DNA from: Octopus sinensis
Lineage: Eukaryota
DNA length: 64,000 nt
NCBI RefSeq assembly: GCF_006345805.1
Contig: NC_042998.1
Span: 163,618,001-163,682,000 of the forward strand
Direction: 5' to 3'
Shown: one piece after another, positions 62,967-64,000 of the stretch
How positions within the stretch are numbered: the first letter of the stretch is position 1
How the letters are laid out: each line of letters begins with the position of its first letter
Translations under genes and position numbers: made by a program
The notes under the pieces: model-generated
Databases searched by the model: none
The model's input: only the letters and a program-made list of their open reading frames with translations
What the model was told of the DNA's origin: nothing

Positions 62967-64000
62967 TATATATATATATATATATATATACATACATATA
63001 CACACACACATGATGGGCTTCTTTCAGTTTCTGTCTACCAAATCCACTCACTAGACTTTGGTCAGCCCAAGGCTATAGTAGAAGACACTTGCCCAAGGTG
63101 CCATGCAGTGGGACTGAACCAAGATTATGACAAATAAATTGTTATTCAACTACTTTATATTTTTACTCAAATTTCACTATTACTCTAGTGAAGGTATGTG
63201 ACTTAGTGATTAGTGTATCTCCCTTCAAGATCTGAAGATTGTAGTTTCGATTCCTGAACTGGGGAATGCATCGTGTTCTTGAGCAAGACACTTCATTTCA
63301 CCCTGCTCTGGTCCACTTAGCTGTAAATGAGTACCAGTAATAGCTGGAAAGTTTACTCTGCAATGGATCAGTATCCCTTTCAGTGGGAAATGTTATAATC
63401 TCAATTACTTAAACACTATGGAGACTGGGTTTAACCTTGGCCTTATGAGTTTGAATTAAAACACAATTATACCTAAGGCACAATTACACTTGAAACTAAT
63501 TAGGGATGGTCATTTGACCTACTTGAAATAGTATCACACCTTTCTCACATCACACACACACTACCAGATTAAAAAGGCAATAAAGTCCTAGGCATACTTT
63601 GAGACCCATCCAGCCCTGCCTCCTCAAAAAGAATTAGATTAGCAGACTGGAATAACAGCCACAACTATCACAAAGAGATAAAATGACTCCTTTCTGAGTC
63701 ATAGAGACTCATTGTGGCCAGTTTCCCAGTTTTTGTGGTGTGTATATTCCTCCCTGAATGGGACACCTGTCTGTTACAGGAATACTCATTTTTGCCAGCT
63801 GGGTGGACTGGAGTAATGTGAAATTATGTGTTTTGTTCAAAAACTTAATGCATTTTTTGGTCCAGGATTTGAAATCACAATCATGAGTGCAATACCCTGA
63901 CCACAAAGCCACATACCTCCACAACTGTTATACCGCTACACTTAACTGTTACATCAGTATTGAAGATGGGCTTCCCTACATAGCAATTCATCTGACTAGA

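Overview
AT-rich, repeat-dense eukaryotic (animal) genomic DNA. The SINE families and (TA)n/(CA)n/(AAT)n microsatellites closely resemble octopus (coleoid cephalopod) genomes; this is an inference, not a database result. Almost all long ORFs in the supplied track are microsatellite or repeat artefacts. Supportable content: (1) several small + strand exons with good splice signals that join into one open frame encoding an unidentified coiled-coil-like C-terminus (1831-1842, 3607-3695, 11755-11833), plus weaker downstream exon candidates; (2) an internally deleted rosa/DD41D-type Tc1/mariner element with TIRs and TA TSD; (3) TTAA-flanked piggyBac-type MITEs, other MITEs and non-autonomous Helitrons; (4) 5'-truncated LINE remnants (RTE and CR1/L2-like) and many tRNA-derived SINEs; (5) a decayed Penelope-like element (GIY-YIG remnant) with inverted terminal repeats. 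The most striking unlisted signal is a series of type I hammerhead-ribozyme motifs: one nearly intact at 55436-55545, two short cassettes at 36691-36726 and 42042-42076, and several decayed copies, often sitting in the microsatellite cores of SINEs. Also notable are a 230-bp fold-back palindrome, a 1.1-kb tail-to-tail inverted retroposon pair, a LINE whose 3' tail matches the dominant SINE tail, and an 841-bp-period near-identical tandem duplication. All coordinates and identities were read by eye; repeat boundaries are approximate.
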